Positions 49,595 to 59,036 are shown, counted from the first letter of the stretch. The stretch is 64,000 bases of DNA from an uncultured Eubacteriales bacterium (GCA_900315425.1 OMZA01000009.1:964-64963), one strand, 5' to 3'. The notes: generated by a model not told the origin, from the letters alone. Numbers and translations: made by a program.

Positions 49595-49780
49595 ATGCTC
49601 AAAGAAAATGACAGAGTAAAAACACTTGTAGAAAAAGAGGGATTTCCTGCGGGTACAATTGGAGTTGTTGTAAGTATTTATTCTGAGGGCTCGCAATGTG
49701 AAGTTGAGTTATGGGACGCTGATGAATATCCACTTGATGTTGTGACGTTTAGCTTTGATGAGATTATAAGCGTTGAATAA
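49595..49780 (+). CDS. Small acidic protein, DUF4926-like
   Basis: D.V......G.PAGTIG.VV.IY....CEVE pattern. Confidence 0.55.
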   Translation: MLKENDRVKTLVEKEGFPAGTIGVVVSIYSEGSQCEVELWDADEYPLDVVTFSFDEIISVE

Positions 49781-49952
49781 AGAAGGAACGTTACATTAAC
49801 GATGGTTGATTGTAGTATCACGGTGATACCCCTTATGATACTATTATGATACTATTTCTTCGAAAAACACAAGAAATACAAGGCATTTCAAACAATTGTG
49901 AAAAATAAGGATGCCGTATTTAACATGATTTACCTTGAAAAATAAATTTAGA

Positions 49953-49970
49953 ACTACCGAGATGGAGTAA
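49953..49970 (+). repeat. guaA 3'-end copy 1 (attR-like)
   Basis: ACTACCGAGATGGAGTAA versus guaA ACGATAGAGATGGAATAA (44562-44579). Confidence 0.8.
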
Positions 49971-50332
49971 TGCGTCTTTTGACTCATAATGTGCTGAATT
50001 ATTCTGAAGTACTTGAAAGCAGCATGCGTTCTTCGGAATGCCTGCTGTTTTTTGTTATCAGCATTGATAACGATCTGATTTACACATAAGGTTACGGTGG
50101 TGGGGAGCAATACCCGCCGCTTTTTCTGTATGCAGCATTCCTTTTGTTGCGGCTTACGGGGTAGTATTATTGAACTTGAGCATGTCGTAGGTCTCATCCG
50201 AATCGAACAGCTGGTACATGAGTCTTATTGTTTGCATGACCGCATGACGGCATAAAAGCACTTGAATATTTTTGGGGTACTTTTTTTTGGCTTTATATTG
50301 ACAAAATGCAGAAAAGATGTATTATAATTAAT

Positions 50333-50356
50333 GTTATATAACGATAGTTACATAAC
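50333..50356. promoter_or_regulatory. Tandem palindromic boxes, likely TetR operator
   Basis: GTTATATAAC (50333-50342) and GTTACATAAC (50347-50356) between promoter and SD. Confidence 0.5.
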
Positions 50357-50369
50357 GGAAAGGAGAAAA

Positions 50370-50963
50370 ATGTGTATGCCGCCCAAAACAAGAATTACGA
50401 AAGACATGATCATAAATGCGGCTATTGAGATTGCAAAACAAAGTGGATATGAGAGCATCAACGCCAGGACAGTCTCTGAGCAGCTCCACTGTTCCACGCA
50501 GCCGGTCATGTATCATTTTTCGACAATTGATGCCTTGAAACGGGCTTCTTACGCACAAGTTGATCATCTGCATTCAAAGTATCTGATGACGATGATACCG
50601 GAACAGGATCCGATCCTTGGGATAGGCTTGAATTATATCCGTTTCGCCGTGGAGGAGCCTCAGTTATTCCGCTTCCTGTTTCAGTCCGGATATGCGGTGG
50701 AGCACAGCTTGTTGGAGATGATCGATTCCGAAGAACTGATCCCGGTCCTTATTGCCATGCAAGAGGGCACCGGATTGAGCATGGAAAAAACCAAGCAGAT
50801 ATTTCTGACCGTGGCGCTGTTTGCGCACGGCTATGCCAGCATCATTGCCAACAATGGTCTGGAATATGACGAAAAACTGGTCGCGGAGCACCTGGAACGG
50901 GCCTGGAACGGTGCTTTTCTCGTGGCTGTGCAGGAGGAGAAGAAACATGAAAAAAATGTATGA
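50370..50963 (+). CDS. TetR/AcrR-family regulator
   Basis: ITKDMIINAA.....SGYESINARTVSEQLHCSTQPVMYHF; start placed at ATG 50370; higher GC. Confidence 0.88.
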   Translation: MCMPPKTRITKDMIINAAIEIAKQSGYESINARTVSEQLHCSTQPVMYHFSTIDALKRASYAQVDHLHSKYLMTMIPEQDPILGIGLNYIRFAVEEPQLFRFLFQSGYAVEHSLLEMIDSEELIPVLIAMQEGTGLSMEKTKQIFLTVALFAHGYASIIANNGLEYDEKLVAEHLERAWNGAFLVAVQEEKKHEKNV

Positions 50964-51696
50964 AAAAAGTGAGATTACCTTTGCAATCCTATGGATCGTG
51001 ATCTACGCGGTGGGCATGGGGACGCTGCAAAACAATTTCGGCCTCGATTCGCTGTGGCACATGCTCGGCCTGATCGTGATATCCGCAGCGATTTTCCTGT
51101 TTGTGAAAAAGAACGGGCTCATGGAAGTGTACGGCCTGGCCGGCTGGGCGAAGAACAGCAGAGCCGTGCTGTGGTTCATTCCTTTGTGGTTCCTCTCTTG
51201 TATGAATCTCTTAAGCGGATTTCAGCATGATTATCCTGTACCGGGACTGTTCTATGCCGTTGTATCCATGGCTTTGGTCGGATTTGCAGAGGAACTGATC
51301 TTCCGAGGCTTCCTGTTCAAAGCCATGCTGAAGGACGGCAATGTGAAAGCAGCCGTCATCGTTTCCTCCGTCACCTTCGGGATGGGACATATTATAAATC
51401 TTTTTACCGGACATGAGCTGATTGCCACCCTCATCCAGGTGGTTTTCGCGGTTGCCATGGGCTTTGTCTTTACGCTCGTTTTTTACAAGAGCGGGAGCCT
51501 TCTGCCCGGGATCCTGGCGCACAGCTTCATCGACGTAACCTCTGTCCTCGCATCCGACGAAGGCTCCCAGTCTATGAATTTGATCGTGCATATCGTGGTC
51601 ATTGTCGTATCTGTAGTCTACAGCCTGTATCTGGCAAAACGCGTTGAGACGCCGGCAATCAATCGGACAGACACAAAACAGGAGAATCTGGCATGA
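50947..51696 (+). CDS. CPBP (CAAX/Abi) intramembrane metalloprotease
   Basis: EELIFRG, FGMGH, GILAHSFID motifs; start placed at ATG 50947. Confidence 0.88.
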   Translation: MKKMYEKSEITFAILWIVIYAVGMGTLQNNFGLDSLWHMLGLIVISAAIFLFVKKNGLMEVYGLAGWAKNSRAVLWFIPLWFLSCMNLLSGFQHDYPVPGLFYAVVSMALVGFAEELIFRGFLFKAMLKDGNVKAAVIVSSVTFGMGHIINLFTGHELIATLIQVVFAVAMGFVFTLVFYKSGSLLPGILAHSFIDVTSVLASDEGSQSMNLIVHIVVIVVSVVYSLYLAKRVETPAINRTDTKQENLA

Positions 51697-51845
51697 AAAA
51701 ATCATTCATTGGTGGAATGGCTTTAGGGGCATTTCTGGTATCGCTGATCCCGTACAGAGTTCAGACACACGAAAAGACCGGTTATGCATTTGCCATTCCT
51801 CCGTCCGGACTGGACGAACAATATTTCCTAAACGGAATCAGTTAA
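51693..51845 (+). CDS. Short, possibly truncated membrane or exported protein (50 aa, MKKSFIGGMALGAFLVSLIP...)
   Basis: ATGA overlap with the CPBP stop and GGAG SD; ends just before a guaA-end copy. Confidence 0.4.
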   Translation: MKKSFIGGMALGAFLVSLIPYRVQTHEKTGYAFAIPPSGLDEQYFLNGIS

Positions 51846-51853
51846 GTCCTGTC

Positions 51854-51865
51854 GAGATGGAATAG
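51854..51865 (+). repeat. guaA 3'-end copy 2 (attR-like)
   Basis: GAGATGGAATAG at the high-GC to low-GC transition. Confidence 0.72.
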
Positions 51866-51923
51866 ATAAATGTATTTTATAAAATACTTATTGACTGTGC
51901 TGATAAATACGGGATATAATATT

Positions 51924-52053
51924 AAAGGTTTAGGGAGTAGCTCGCATAGGTATTATGCGATATATTTCGTCAGTACGGGATTTAATCCCCGGGATATGTC
52001 ATAAGTAGCGAGACTTTACCACAGTTTATCTGTGGTGGAGTCTCGCTTTTTTT
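51924..52053 (+). promoter_or_regulatory. yybP-ykoY (Mn2+) riboswitch with terminator expression platform
   Basis: GGGAGTAGC, CGTCAGTACGGG...CCCGG, AGCGAGACTTT; terminator GCGAGAC...GTCTCGC-T7; promoter TTGACT-18-TATAAT at 51891-51920. Confidence 0.82.
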
Positions 52054-52074
52054 ATTGCTTGGAAGGAGGAAAAA

Positions 52075-53052
52075 ATGTTTTTAGTAAGTATTTTTATTTT
52101 AGTTGTTGGTTTTGTAGCCTTAATAAAAGGCGCTGATTGGTTTGTTGATGGAAGTTCGGCTATGGCGAAAACGCTTCATGTGCCAGGGGTGATAATCGGT
52201 TTGACGATAGTAGCACTTGGAACAAGCGCACCTGAATTAGCGGTAAGTACACTTGCAGCTCTTCAAGGGTCAAATGAGATAGCTATTAGTAATGTTGTTG
52301 GCTCTAACATATTTAATCTATTGTGTGTGTTGGGTGTTTGTTCTCTAATATATCCTGTGCCAGTTGAGAAAGGAATATTAAACAGAGATTATCCGGTGAC
52401 AATAGCAGTTACAGTCATTGTTTTGTTGGGAGCTTGTTTTAAAACTTTATTTTCCACAGGATGGGTGCATATAGATATGGATTCAAATGTGGGATTGATT
52501 AGTAGACCATTGTCGATTGCACTTTTGTTATTATTTATTGCTTATATTGTGTATCTGATTATTGATGCTAAAAAGAATCCGACAGAAGATGATGATATAG
52601 ATGTACAGCCATTATGGAAAAGTGTTGTATTGATAATCATTGGAATTATGTTGATTATAGGTGGAGGTCAGGCTGTTGTATATGCTGCAAAGGCAATTGC
52701 GAGAACCTTTGGAATGACTGAGACTTTAATTGGACTTACGATAGTTGCGGTAGGAACATCGCTTCCTGAATTGGTTACATCTATTGTTGCAGCTAAAAAA
52801 GGTGAGACTGGAATGGCTGTCGGAAATGTTGTTGGATCAAACATCTTTAATATGATGTTTATTCTGGGGCTTTCCTCATTGATTAATCCAATTGATGTAA
52901 ATATGGCATCATTGTGGGATTTGATAATACTGGTCATAGTAAGTGTAATTGTATACGTTTTTTCCGGTACAAAAAGAAACATAGGAAAACGAGAAGGGGC
53001 GATTATGCTCTTGATATACTTGGCTGACATGGTATTTGCTATTCTACGATAA
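52075..53052 (+). CDS. Ca2+:cation antiporter (YrbG/CaCA family)
   Basis: Two alpha repeats GTSAPE...NVVGSNIFN and GTSLPE...NVVGSNIFN. Confidence 0.92.
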   Translation: MFLVSIFILVVGFVALIKGADWFVDGSSAMAKTLHVPGVIIGLTIVALGTSAPELAVSTLAALQGSNEIAISNVVGSNIFNLLCVLGVCSLIYPVPVEKGILNRDYPVTIAVTVIVLLGACFKTLFSTGWVHIDMDSNVGLISRPLSIALLLLFIAYIVYLIIDAKKNPTEDDDIDVQPLWKSVVLIIIGIMLIIGGGQAVVYAAKAIARTFGMTETLIGLTIVAVGTSLPELVTSIVAAKKGETGMAVGNVVGSNIFNMMFILGLSSLINPIDVNMASLWDLIILVIVSVIVYVFSGTKRNIGKREGAIMLLIYLADMVFAILR

Positions 53053-53062
53053 AAGGAGAGAG

Positions 53063-54694
53063 ATGATGAGCTTATACAATTATATTTCTGTCATAGGTGG
53101 ATTGGCATTTTTCTTGTTTGGAATGACAGTGCTTTCATCTGGATTAAAGAAGGTTGCGGGAGATAGACTGGAATCTGTTTTGAAAAAAATGACAGATAAT
53201 CCATTGAAAGGATTGATGTTTGGAGCAGTTATAACGATTGCAATGCAATCTTCTTCGGCATTAACTGTTATGTTGGTTGGATTGGTGAACTCTGGAATTA
53301 TGGCACTTGCGCAGACGGTTGGAATCATAATGGGTTCAAATATAGGAACGACACTAACTGCCTGGATTCTCAGCTTGAGTGGAGTACAGACAGATAATGT
53401 GTTGCTTTTGATGTTAAAGCCGGAGTATTTTTCACCTGTACTAGCTCTTGTTGGTGTAATCCTGATTATGGGTGGAAAGGATGATAAAAAGAAGAATCTT
53501 GGATATGTATTAATTGGATTTTCGGTTTTGATGCATGGGATGAATTGGATGTCGGATTCTCTTTCGCCCCTTGCAGATATGCCGGAATTTACAAGTATCT
53601 TAACCGCATTTGATAACCCATTGTTAGGCGTATTAATAGGTACTGTTTTTACAGGAGTAATCCAATCGTCGGCAGCTTCTGTCGGTGTACTTCAGGCATT
53701 AAGTTTGACAGGACATATTTCTTATGGGGTGGCTATTCCGATTATTATGGGACAAAATATAGGAACCTGTGTCACGGCTTTAATATCCTCTATTGGTGTT
53801 AGTAAAAATGCTAAGAGAGTTTCTGTGATACATATAAGTTTTAATGTGATAGGAACTGCAATTGGTTTGGTGATTTACTTTATATGCAGAGGTTTGTTCC
53901 AACTTACTGTATTTGATGAAATGATTACACCGTTCGCGATTGCAGCATTTCATTCAGCTTTTAATATTATGACAACATTGATTCTGCTTCCTTTTTCTAA
54001 ACATTTGGTATATATTGTTGAACATTTGATTAAAAAAGATAATGCGAAAACCGCTTTCTTGGATGAACGACTGTTAGTTTCGCCGGCGATTGCTGTAACC
54101 GAATGCCGAAAGAAGACGATGGAAGTTTTAAATGTGTCTGTTGAGGGAGTTTCAAAGGCAATGGCAATGTTGGAGAGCTATGATGAGAATACCAAAGATG
54201 AGCTCCGTCAGTTAGAAGTTGATGTGGATGGAATGGTAGAAGGATGTAATCAGTTCTTGATTCGATTATCATCCAAAGAGATATCAAACAGAGAGAGCAT
54301 AGTTGTAGCAAATATGCTTCACGCTTTGGGAGACATGGAACGAATCAGTGATTATTCGTTAAACCTGATTTCAGTAGCTAAGAAGGTAAATAAATCTACA
54401 ATTGAAATAAGGAATGAAATATGGTCTCTTGTATCGCCTTTGATTATGGAGTTGAATCATATTTTGGAAATGACACGATTGGTTTATGTAGAAGGTGATG
54501 CAAAAAAAGCATCTGAAATCATAGAAGAAACAGATAAACTCATACAGAAGATAAAGAAAGTAAAGAAATCTGATTTGAAATTATTACGAAATGGCGAAGG
54601 ATATGCAGAATCAAGCGTTTATATTTCAGATTATCTTTCAGTACTAAGGCGTATAACGGAGCACAGTCAAAATATAGCAGAGTCATTGATCTAG
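53063..54694 (+). CDS. Na+/Pi cotransporter (NptA/YjbB family) with PhoU-like C-terminus
   Basis: QSSSA...GSNIGTT and QSSAA...GQNIGTC repeats, DMERISD; start placed at ATG 53063. Confidence 0.9.
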   Translation: MMSLYNYISVIGGLAFFLFGMTVLSSGLKKVAGDRLESVLKKMTDNPLKGLMFGAVITIAMQSSSALTVMLVGLVNSGIMALAQTVGIIMGSNIGTTLTAWILSLSGVQTDNVLLLMLKPEYFSPVLALVGVILIMGGKDDKKKNLGYVLIGFSVLMHGMNWMSDSLSPLADMPEFTSILTAFDNPLLGVLIGTVFTGVIQSSAASVGVLQALSLTGHISYGVAIPIIMGQNIGTCVTALISSIGVSKNAKRVSVIHISFNVIGTAIGLVIYFICRGLFQLTVFDEMITPFAIAAFHSAFNIMTTLILLPFSKHLVYIVEHLIKKDNAKTAFLDERLLVSPAIAVTECRKKTMEVLNVSVEGVSKAMAMLESYDENTKDELRQLEVDVDGMVEGCNQFLIRLSSKEISNRESIVVANMLHALGDMERISDYSLNLISVAKKVNKSTIEIRNEIWSLVSPLIMELNHILEMTRLVYVEGDAKKASEIIEETDKLIQKIKKVKKSDLKLLRNGEGYAESSVYISDYLSVLRRITEHSQNIAESLI

Positions 54695-54704
54695 ATTTTT
54701 AATT

Positions 54705-54935
54705 ATGCCTATTAGAGACATGAGAAATACAAGTGCTCTTTCAGAACTTGCGCATAAACAACAGGAACCTATTTTTATAACAAAGAAGGGTTATAGTGAT
54801 TTGGTTGTTATGAGTGCAGAGTACTTTGATCGATTTGCTAGAGAAAATCGTATTGACCAGGCGATTTTTAGAATTAATGAAAACAGAAAGGTTGTATATG
54901 TAGTAACCGTTCAGGATCAAGGGAGGGATTTATAA
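54705..54935 (+). pseudogene. Chimeric remnant: Phd/YefM antitoxin N-terminus fused to a RelE/ParE-like toxin C-terminus
   Basis: PIRDMRNT...EPIFITKKGYSDLVVMS.EYF then FRINENRKVVYVVTV.DQ.RD. Confidence 0.62.
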
Positions 54936-55049
54936 CCTAAAGTACTGTTTGAGTAATAGGAGATATAAAATACAGATAATACGAATAAAAGATTAACAAA
55001 TATGTTAACGAAAACTATGAGAAAAAGGTTATTCCATCAACCCGTTGCG

Positions 55050-55061
55050 GAGATGGAGTAG
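55050..55061 (+). repeat. guaA 3'-end copy 3 (attR-like)
   Basis: GAGATGGAGTAG followed by AAAAGCCCGTATTTAAGGGCTTTT, a hairpin resembling the one after guaA. Confidence 0.78.
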
Positions 55062-55139
55062 AAACTTTTTGAAAAAGCCCGTATTTAAGGGCTTTTTCTT
55101 AATTTTAAACCCCCATATTATTTGCGTGGTTGGGGCTGA

Positions 55140-55235
55140 AAAGTAAAAGACTATTTCGGACACCAAGACACAGAAATGTTAAACAAGGTCTATGCAAGGC
55201 TGAATACAATGCAGAAAGCCGACTATATAAAGCAT
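55140..55235 (+). pseudogene. C-terminal fragment of a tyrosine recombinase/integrase
   Basis: KVKDYFGHQDTEMLNKVYARL, matching the box II H-x9-Y pattern; preceded by in-frame TGA at 55137. Confidence 0.6.
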
Positions 55236-55303
55236 TGTTTCCGTTATCGTTATCATTGTAATATAAAGAGGGTGGCTAACCTTGCCTTTGTGCTGATTGT
55301 GGG

Positions 55304-55594
55304 CTATGGTTGCCGCCTTTTTACTTTCTTTTGTTGCTTTTCCTCTATTCGTTTTAATCCCTCGTTTCTGTATAGGGCGTTTAACTCGTTTTCCTCATAG
55401 GTTATTATATCCTCTACATTACATTGTAGTATGCTACAAAGTTTATCTATGGTGGTTGTGTTGATTGGTTCGTTTCTTTGCAGTTTAGTTATCAATCGTG
55501 GCGATAATTCAAAGTAATGTGTAAGGGTGTACTTTGTCATTCCCTTTTGCTCTAATGTTTTCCAAAGTTTCTGATAATGTATTCCCATAAGCAT
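55304..55594 (-). CDS. Cro/C1-type HTH regulator
   Basis: YQKLWKTL...MTKY.L......PRLITKLQRNEPIN..TIDKLC.ILQCNVEDII. Confidence 0.8.
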   Translation of the reverse strand: MLMGIHYQKLWKTLEQKGMTKYTLTHYFELSPRLITKLQRNEPINTTTIDKLCSILQCNVEDIITYEENELNALYRNEGLKRIEEKQQKKVKRRQP

Positions 55595-55712
55595 AAACCC
55601 CTTTCAAATTGCTTTAAATAACACTTGCATTTTATCGTATAGGCATTTATACTTTTAGCTGTATTATCGTATAGCCATACGATAGTATCACTAAAAAGTG
55701 AGGTATTGAAAA

Positions 55713-56405
55713 ATGGTGAAAAGAACAATAGTAACATTATTAACCGCTATTCTTTGCTTTTCCCTTTGCTCTTGTGGTAAAGAGAACGCAAAGCAGAGCC
55801 AAGAGCCGACAAAAACAGCGGAAACTGCACAAGAGAGCGATAAGAGCCAAGAGGTAACAGATACAGAGGTGACAGCAACAACAGAAGCCGCAACGAATGA
55901 AACAGCATTTACAGATGTTTCTATGGGGGAAACTATCAGCCTTGACTATGTGGAAATGAGTTTAGAGAGGTTAGAGGTTGCGGATAGATACGATTTTTCA
56001 TACACAGAAGATACATCAGTTGGCACAAGCACAAATAGTGTTAGTTTAGAGCCGAGTGGGGATTTAATGTTGGTATCTCTTATAGGTACATTTCAAAATA
56101 AAACAAATAAAGACTACTATACAAGCAACAATGGCGTATTTGGCAAAATGATAATAAATGGCAATGAATACAATGCAAGGTTTGAGTGTTATGATACAGA
56201 ACAAGCAGAAAGTTATTTAAAAGTAGCCGCACAACAAAAGACATCATACTTTCTTTATGCAGAAGTGCCGCAAGAGGTAGCGGAAAACATAGAAGATTGT
56301 GTAGTACAGTTTGGATTTACACAAGATTTTGAGAGTAAACCGATAGGCAAGGTAGAGGATTTAGATAGTATTTATCAGTTATCTGCTATACCAACAAAGA
56401 GCTAA
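55713..56405 (+). CDS. Lipoprotein with Thr/Glu-rich linker
   Basis: Signal peptide with lipobox SLCSC; GAGG SD. Confidence 0.78.
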   Translation: MVKRTIVTLLTAILCFSLCSCGKENAKQSQEPTKTAETAQESDKSQEVTDTEVTATTEAATNETAFTDVSMGETISLDYVEMSLERLEVADRYDFSYTEDTSVGTSTNSVSLEPSGDLMLVSLIGTFQNKTNKDYYTSNNGVFGKMIINGNEYNARFECYDTEQAESYLKVAAQQKTSYFLYAEVPQEVAENIEDCVVQFGFTQDFESKPIGKVEDLDSIYQLSAIPTKS

Positions 56406-56514
56406 GAAGTAACAGTTGAAACACACACAGCAGAAGAAATAGAAGAAAAGCAAAGAGCGAGAGACGCATATTATTTTCAACAAGAGTTAGAGAAAAGAGA
56501 TAAATAAAGAATTA

Positions 56515-56820
56515 AGGGCGACTAATGAAGGCACAGGTAATTTCAGTAGTGCAGGCATAGGACTTGGAATGATGGCCGGTGTTGGTGGAAGTGTCGGCAG
56601 TGCATTTGGCACAGCTTTTTCAGGAGCTTTGAATGGTATACAGCAAAATACGACAGACTTATTCTGTGAAGAATGTGGTGCACAGATATTACCGGGTGCA
56701 GAGTTTTGCGATGAGTGTGGACATCCATTAAATAAGGGCGAAAATACATCCCCTAAATGTGGTTATGCATTTGAAAGACCGGGAAAGTTCTGCCCTAAAT
56801 GCGGAACTAAGAGAGGATGA
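56515..56820 (+). pseudogene. 5'-truncated gene retaining an SPFH-like tail and double zinc ribbon
   Basis: NEG.G...AGIGLGMM glycine-rich motif, then CEECG..FCDECG..KCG..FCPKCG; no SD/ATG in front. Confidence 0.6.
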
Positions 56821-57055
56821 AGCCTATGGGAAAATCTAAGATAATAAAATGTGTGATCTGGTTTTTTATAGCCGTAATGGATCATCAATTCCATTTAAAA
56901 CGTCATTAATTATTAACTTCGTTGTAATGGTCATAGCATGGATTATTCTCTTGATGATGATTTTGTCAAAAGATCACGTTGAAAGAATAGACTCCCGGCA
57001 AAAGGATCATCATGTGGAGTTGTAATACATAGTTTTTTAAGAGGAGGATTACAAA

Positions 57056-58408
57056 ATGAAACAGCTGACCTGTGAAATGTGCGGTGGAACAGATTTGATC
57101 AAGCAGGATGGTATATTTGTATGCCAAAACTGTGGAACGAAGTATTCTGTTGAAGAAGCAAAAAAAATGATGATTGAGGGGACTGTAGATGTTACTGGCT
57201 CCACTGTAAAAGTTGATGATTCGGGTAGAATTGAAAACTATATGACGATGGCTAATAATGCCTACGCTTCTAGTAATAATAAAGAAGCAGAAGAATACTG
57301 TAACAAGATTATCGAAATTGATCCAATACATCCCGAAGCTTGGTTACTAAAGGGCATTGTAGCGGGTTGGCAATCTACTAGCAGAAATATTCGTATGGAT
57401 GAGTTTCTCTCATGCGTAAAAAATTCTTTATCAAACGCTAAGACAACCGAAGATTTGGATGATTTGGCTGATCGAGCATATAAAGAATATTATAATCTGA
57501 CATTAGCTATTAATAAGCTAAAGGTAGATTCAGTTGTATCCTATTCAAAGAATTGGAAAGATTATATTTCTTTCCCCCCTATATTCTTAATGTGGGGTAT
57601 TAATATTCAAATAGCGTATGCTACTGCATACAAGGCACTAAACACTGATAAAGGAGATGATGTTAAACCACGTTATCTTAGCGAGGAGTTGGGGCTTGAT
57701 GATCTGTATATTAAATGTAAAGAAACCCTTATTTCAGGGGGGATAAAGTTGTGGAATTCTTCATTGCATGATTATGAAAGCAATGGATATCCCACAGATT
57801 TTATGTTAGATCGCATGATGGAAGAAGGTAAAATTGCAATGCTGATGCTAAATTATGTTATTCCTTCTGACACTTCGAAAATCACAGACAATGAAAAGCC
57901 TAACATTATTAAAGCTTGCAAAAATCTGATTACAATGAAAACAGTTTGGATGGACCTTAAGTCGTATACTGTTAGTTTTTATAACGGGGTTGAATCGCAT
58001 CCGGTGAGCAAGTGCATTACAATGCAGTCAAAGCAAGAAGTAACAGCGGAAATTAGAAAGTATCATGATATTATTAAACTTTGTGACCCATCCTATGTGG
58101 TACCAACTGTAGACGATCCCAAACCGCAGGCGGCTAATGGCGGATGTTATGTTGCTACAGCGGTATATGGTTCTTATGATTGTCCGCAGGTTTGGACACT
58201 TAGAAGATATCGCGATTATGATTTAGCGGAAACCTGGTACGGTCGAGTGTTTATTCGTACATACTATGCAATTAGTCCGACTCTCGTGAAATGGTTTGGT
58301 CATACTGAATGGTTCAAACGGATATGTAGAGGGAAACTTGATCGTATCGTTAAGAATCTTCAAGATAAAGGATTCGAGTCAACTCCATACGAAGATAAAG
58401 CTTGGTAA
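57056..58408 (+). CDS. Zinc ribbon, TPR-like helical region and CFI-box-CTERM-like domain protein
   Basis: CEMCGG...CQNCG; helical repeats (AEEYCNKIIEIDP...AWLLKG); GCYVATAVYGSYDCPQVWTLRRYRD. Confidence 0.78.
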   Translation: MKQLTCEMCGGTDLIKQDGIFVCQNCGTKYSVEEAKKMMIEGTVDVTGSTVKVDDSGRIENYMTMANNAYASSNNKEAEEYCNKIIEIDPIHPEAWLLKGIVAGWQSTSRNIRMDEFLSCVKNSLSNAKTTEDLDDLADRAYKEYYNLTLAINKLKVDSVVSYSKNWKDYISFPPIFLMWGINIQIAYATAYKALNTDKGDDVKPRYLSEELGLDDLYIKCKETLISGGIKLWNSSLHDYESNGYPTDFMLDRMMEEGKIAMLMLNYVIPSDTSKITDNEKPNIIKACKNLITMKTVWMDLKSYTVSFYNGVESHPVSKCITMQSKQEVTAEIRKYHDIIKLCDPSYVVPTVDDPKPQAANGGCYVATAVYGSYDCPQVWTLRRYRDYDLAETWYGRVFIRTYYAISPTLVKWFGHTEWFKRICRGKLDRIVKNLQDKGFESTPYEDKAW

Positions 58409-58435
58409 TAGAGGTTTGATGGAAGGTCACAAAGA

Positions 58436-58672
58436 ATGAACAAACGGATAGATTATAATGTTTTGATAGAAGAAATAAAAAAATGTGGTGACATAGTTGT
58501 TGATCAGAAACTTGCAATAAAATTATTAAAAGATGAATTGCCAAAATCGTGTTTTGATAAAAATTATTTAATGCGTGGTCGTAATGCGCTTGGAAGATTC
58601 TTAATTGAAAATGCAGATATATATGAGACAGAGTTTATTAGACCCCAAATAATAATCAAAAAAAAGCAATGA
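58436..58672 (+). CDS. Small hypothetical protein
   Basis: 78 aa ORF with GGAAGG SD. Confidence 0.5.
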   Translation: MNKRIDYNVLIEEIKKCGDIVVDQKLAIKLLKDELPKSCFDKNYLMRGRNALGRFLIENADIYETEFIRPQIIIKKKQ

Positions 58673-59036
58673 TTGGTCATAGCTAAAAAAATGAGTGATA
58701 TTTCTCAATATAAGAATATGAGAAGCATATATTATACTTTAGTATTGATATGTTTTATTACGTGTATGCGACTGAGACTTCTTAAGGAAAGGAAATGCCA
58801 ACGTGAGTCGGTTCATTACTATTTTGATGAAGCGATGTACAGTTTCGAATTATTATTCCGATATTAGATAGTTGACTATTAACTGCTAAGAAGAATAATT
58901 TCAAAAACGTTCATCAAAGTTTTATAGCTATATAAAGGTGGAATCATATTTTATCAGAAATGGCTGTGCCGGTCGGGCATGGTCATTTTCTTATGGATAA
59001 AAGTGTGAATTTCGATTATAATTATGGACAATGTGA

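Noticed and set aside
58673-58867. 64-aa ORF at the end of module D
   Set aside because: No clear SD or motif; cannot be supported as a gene
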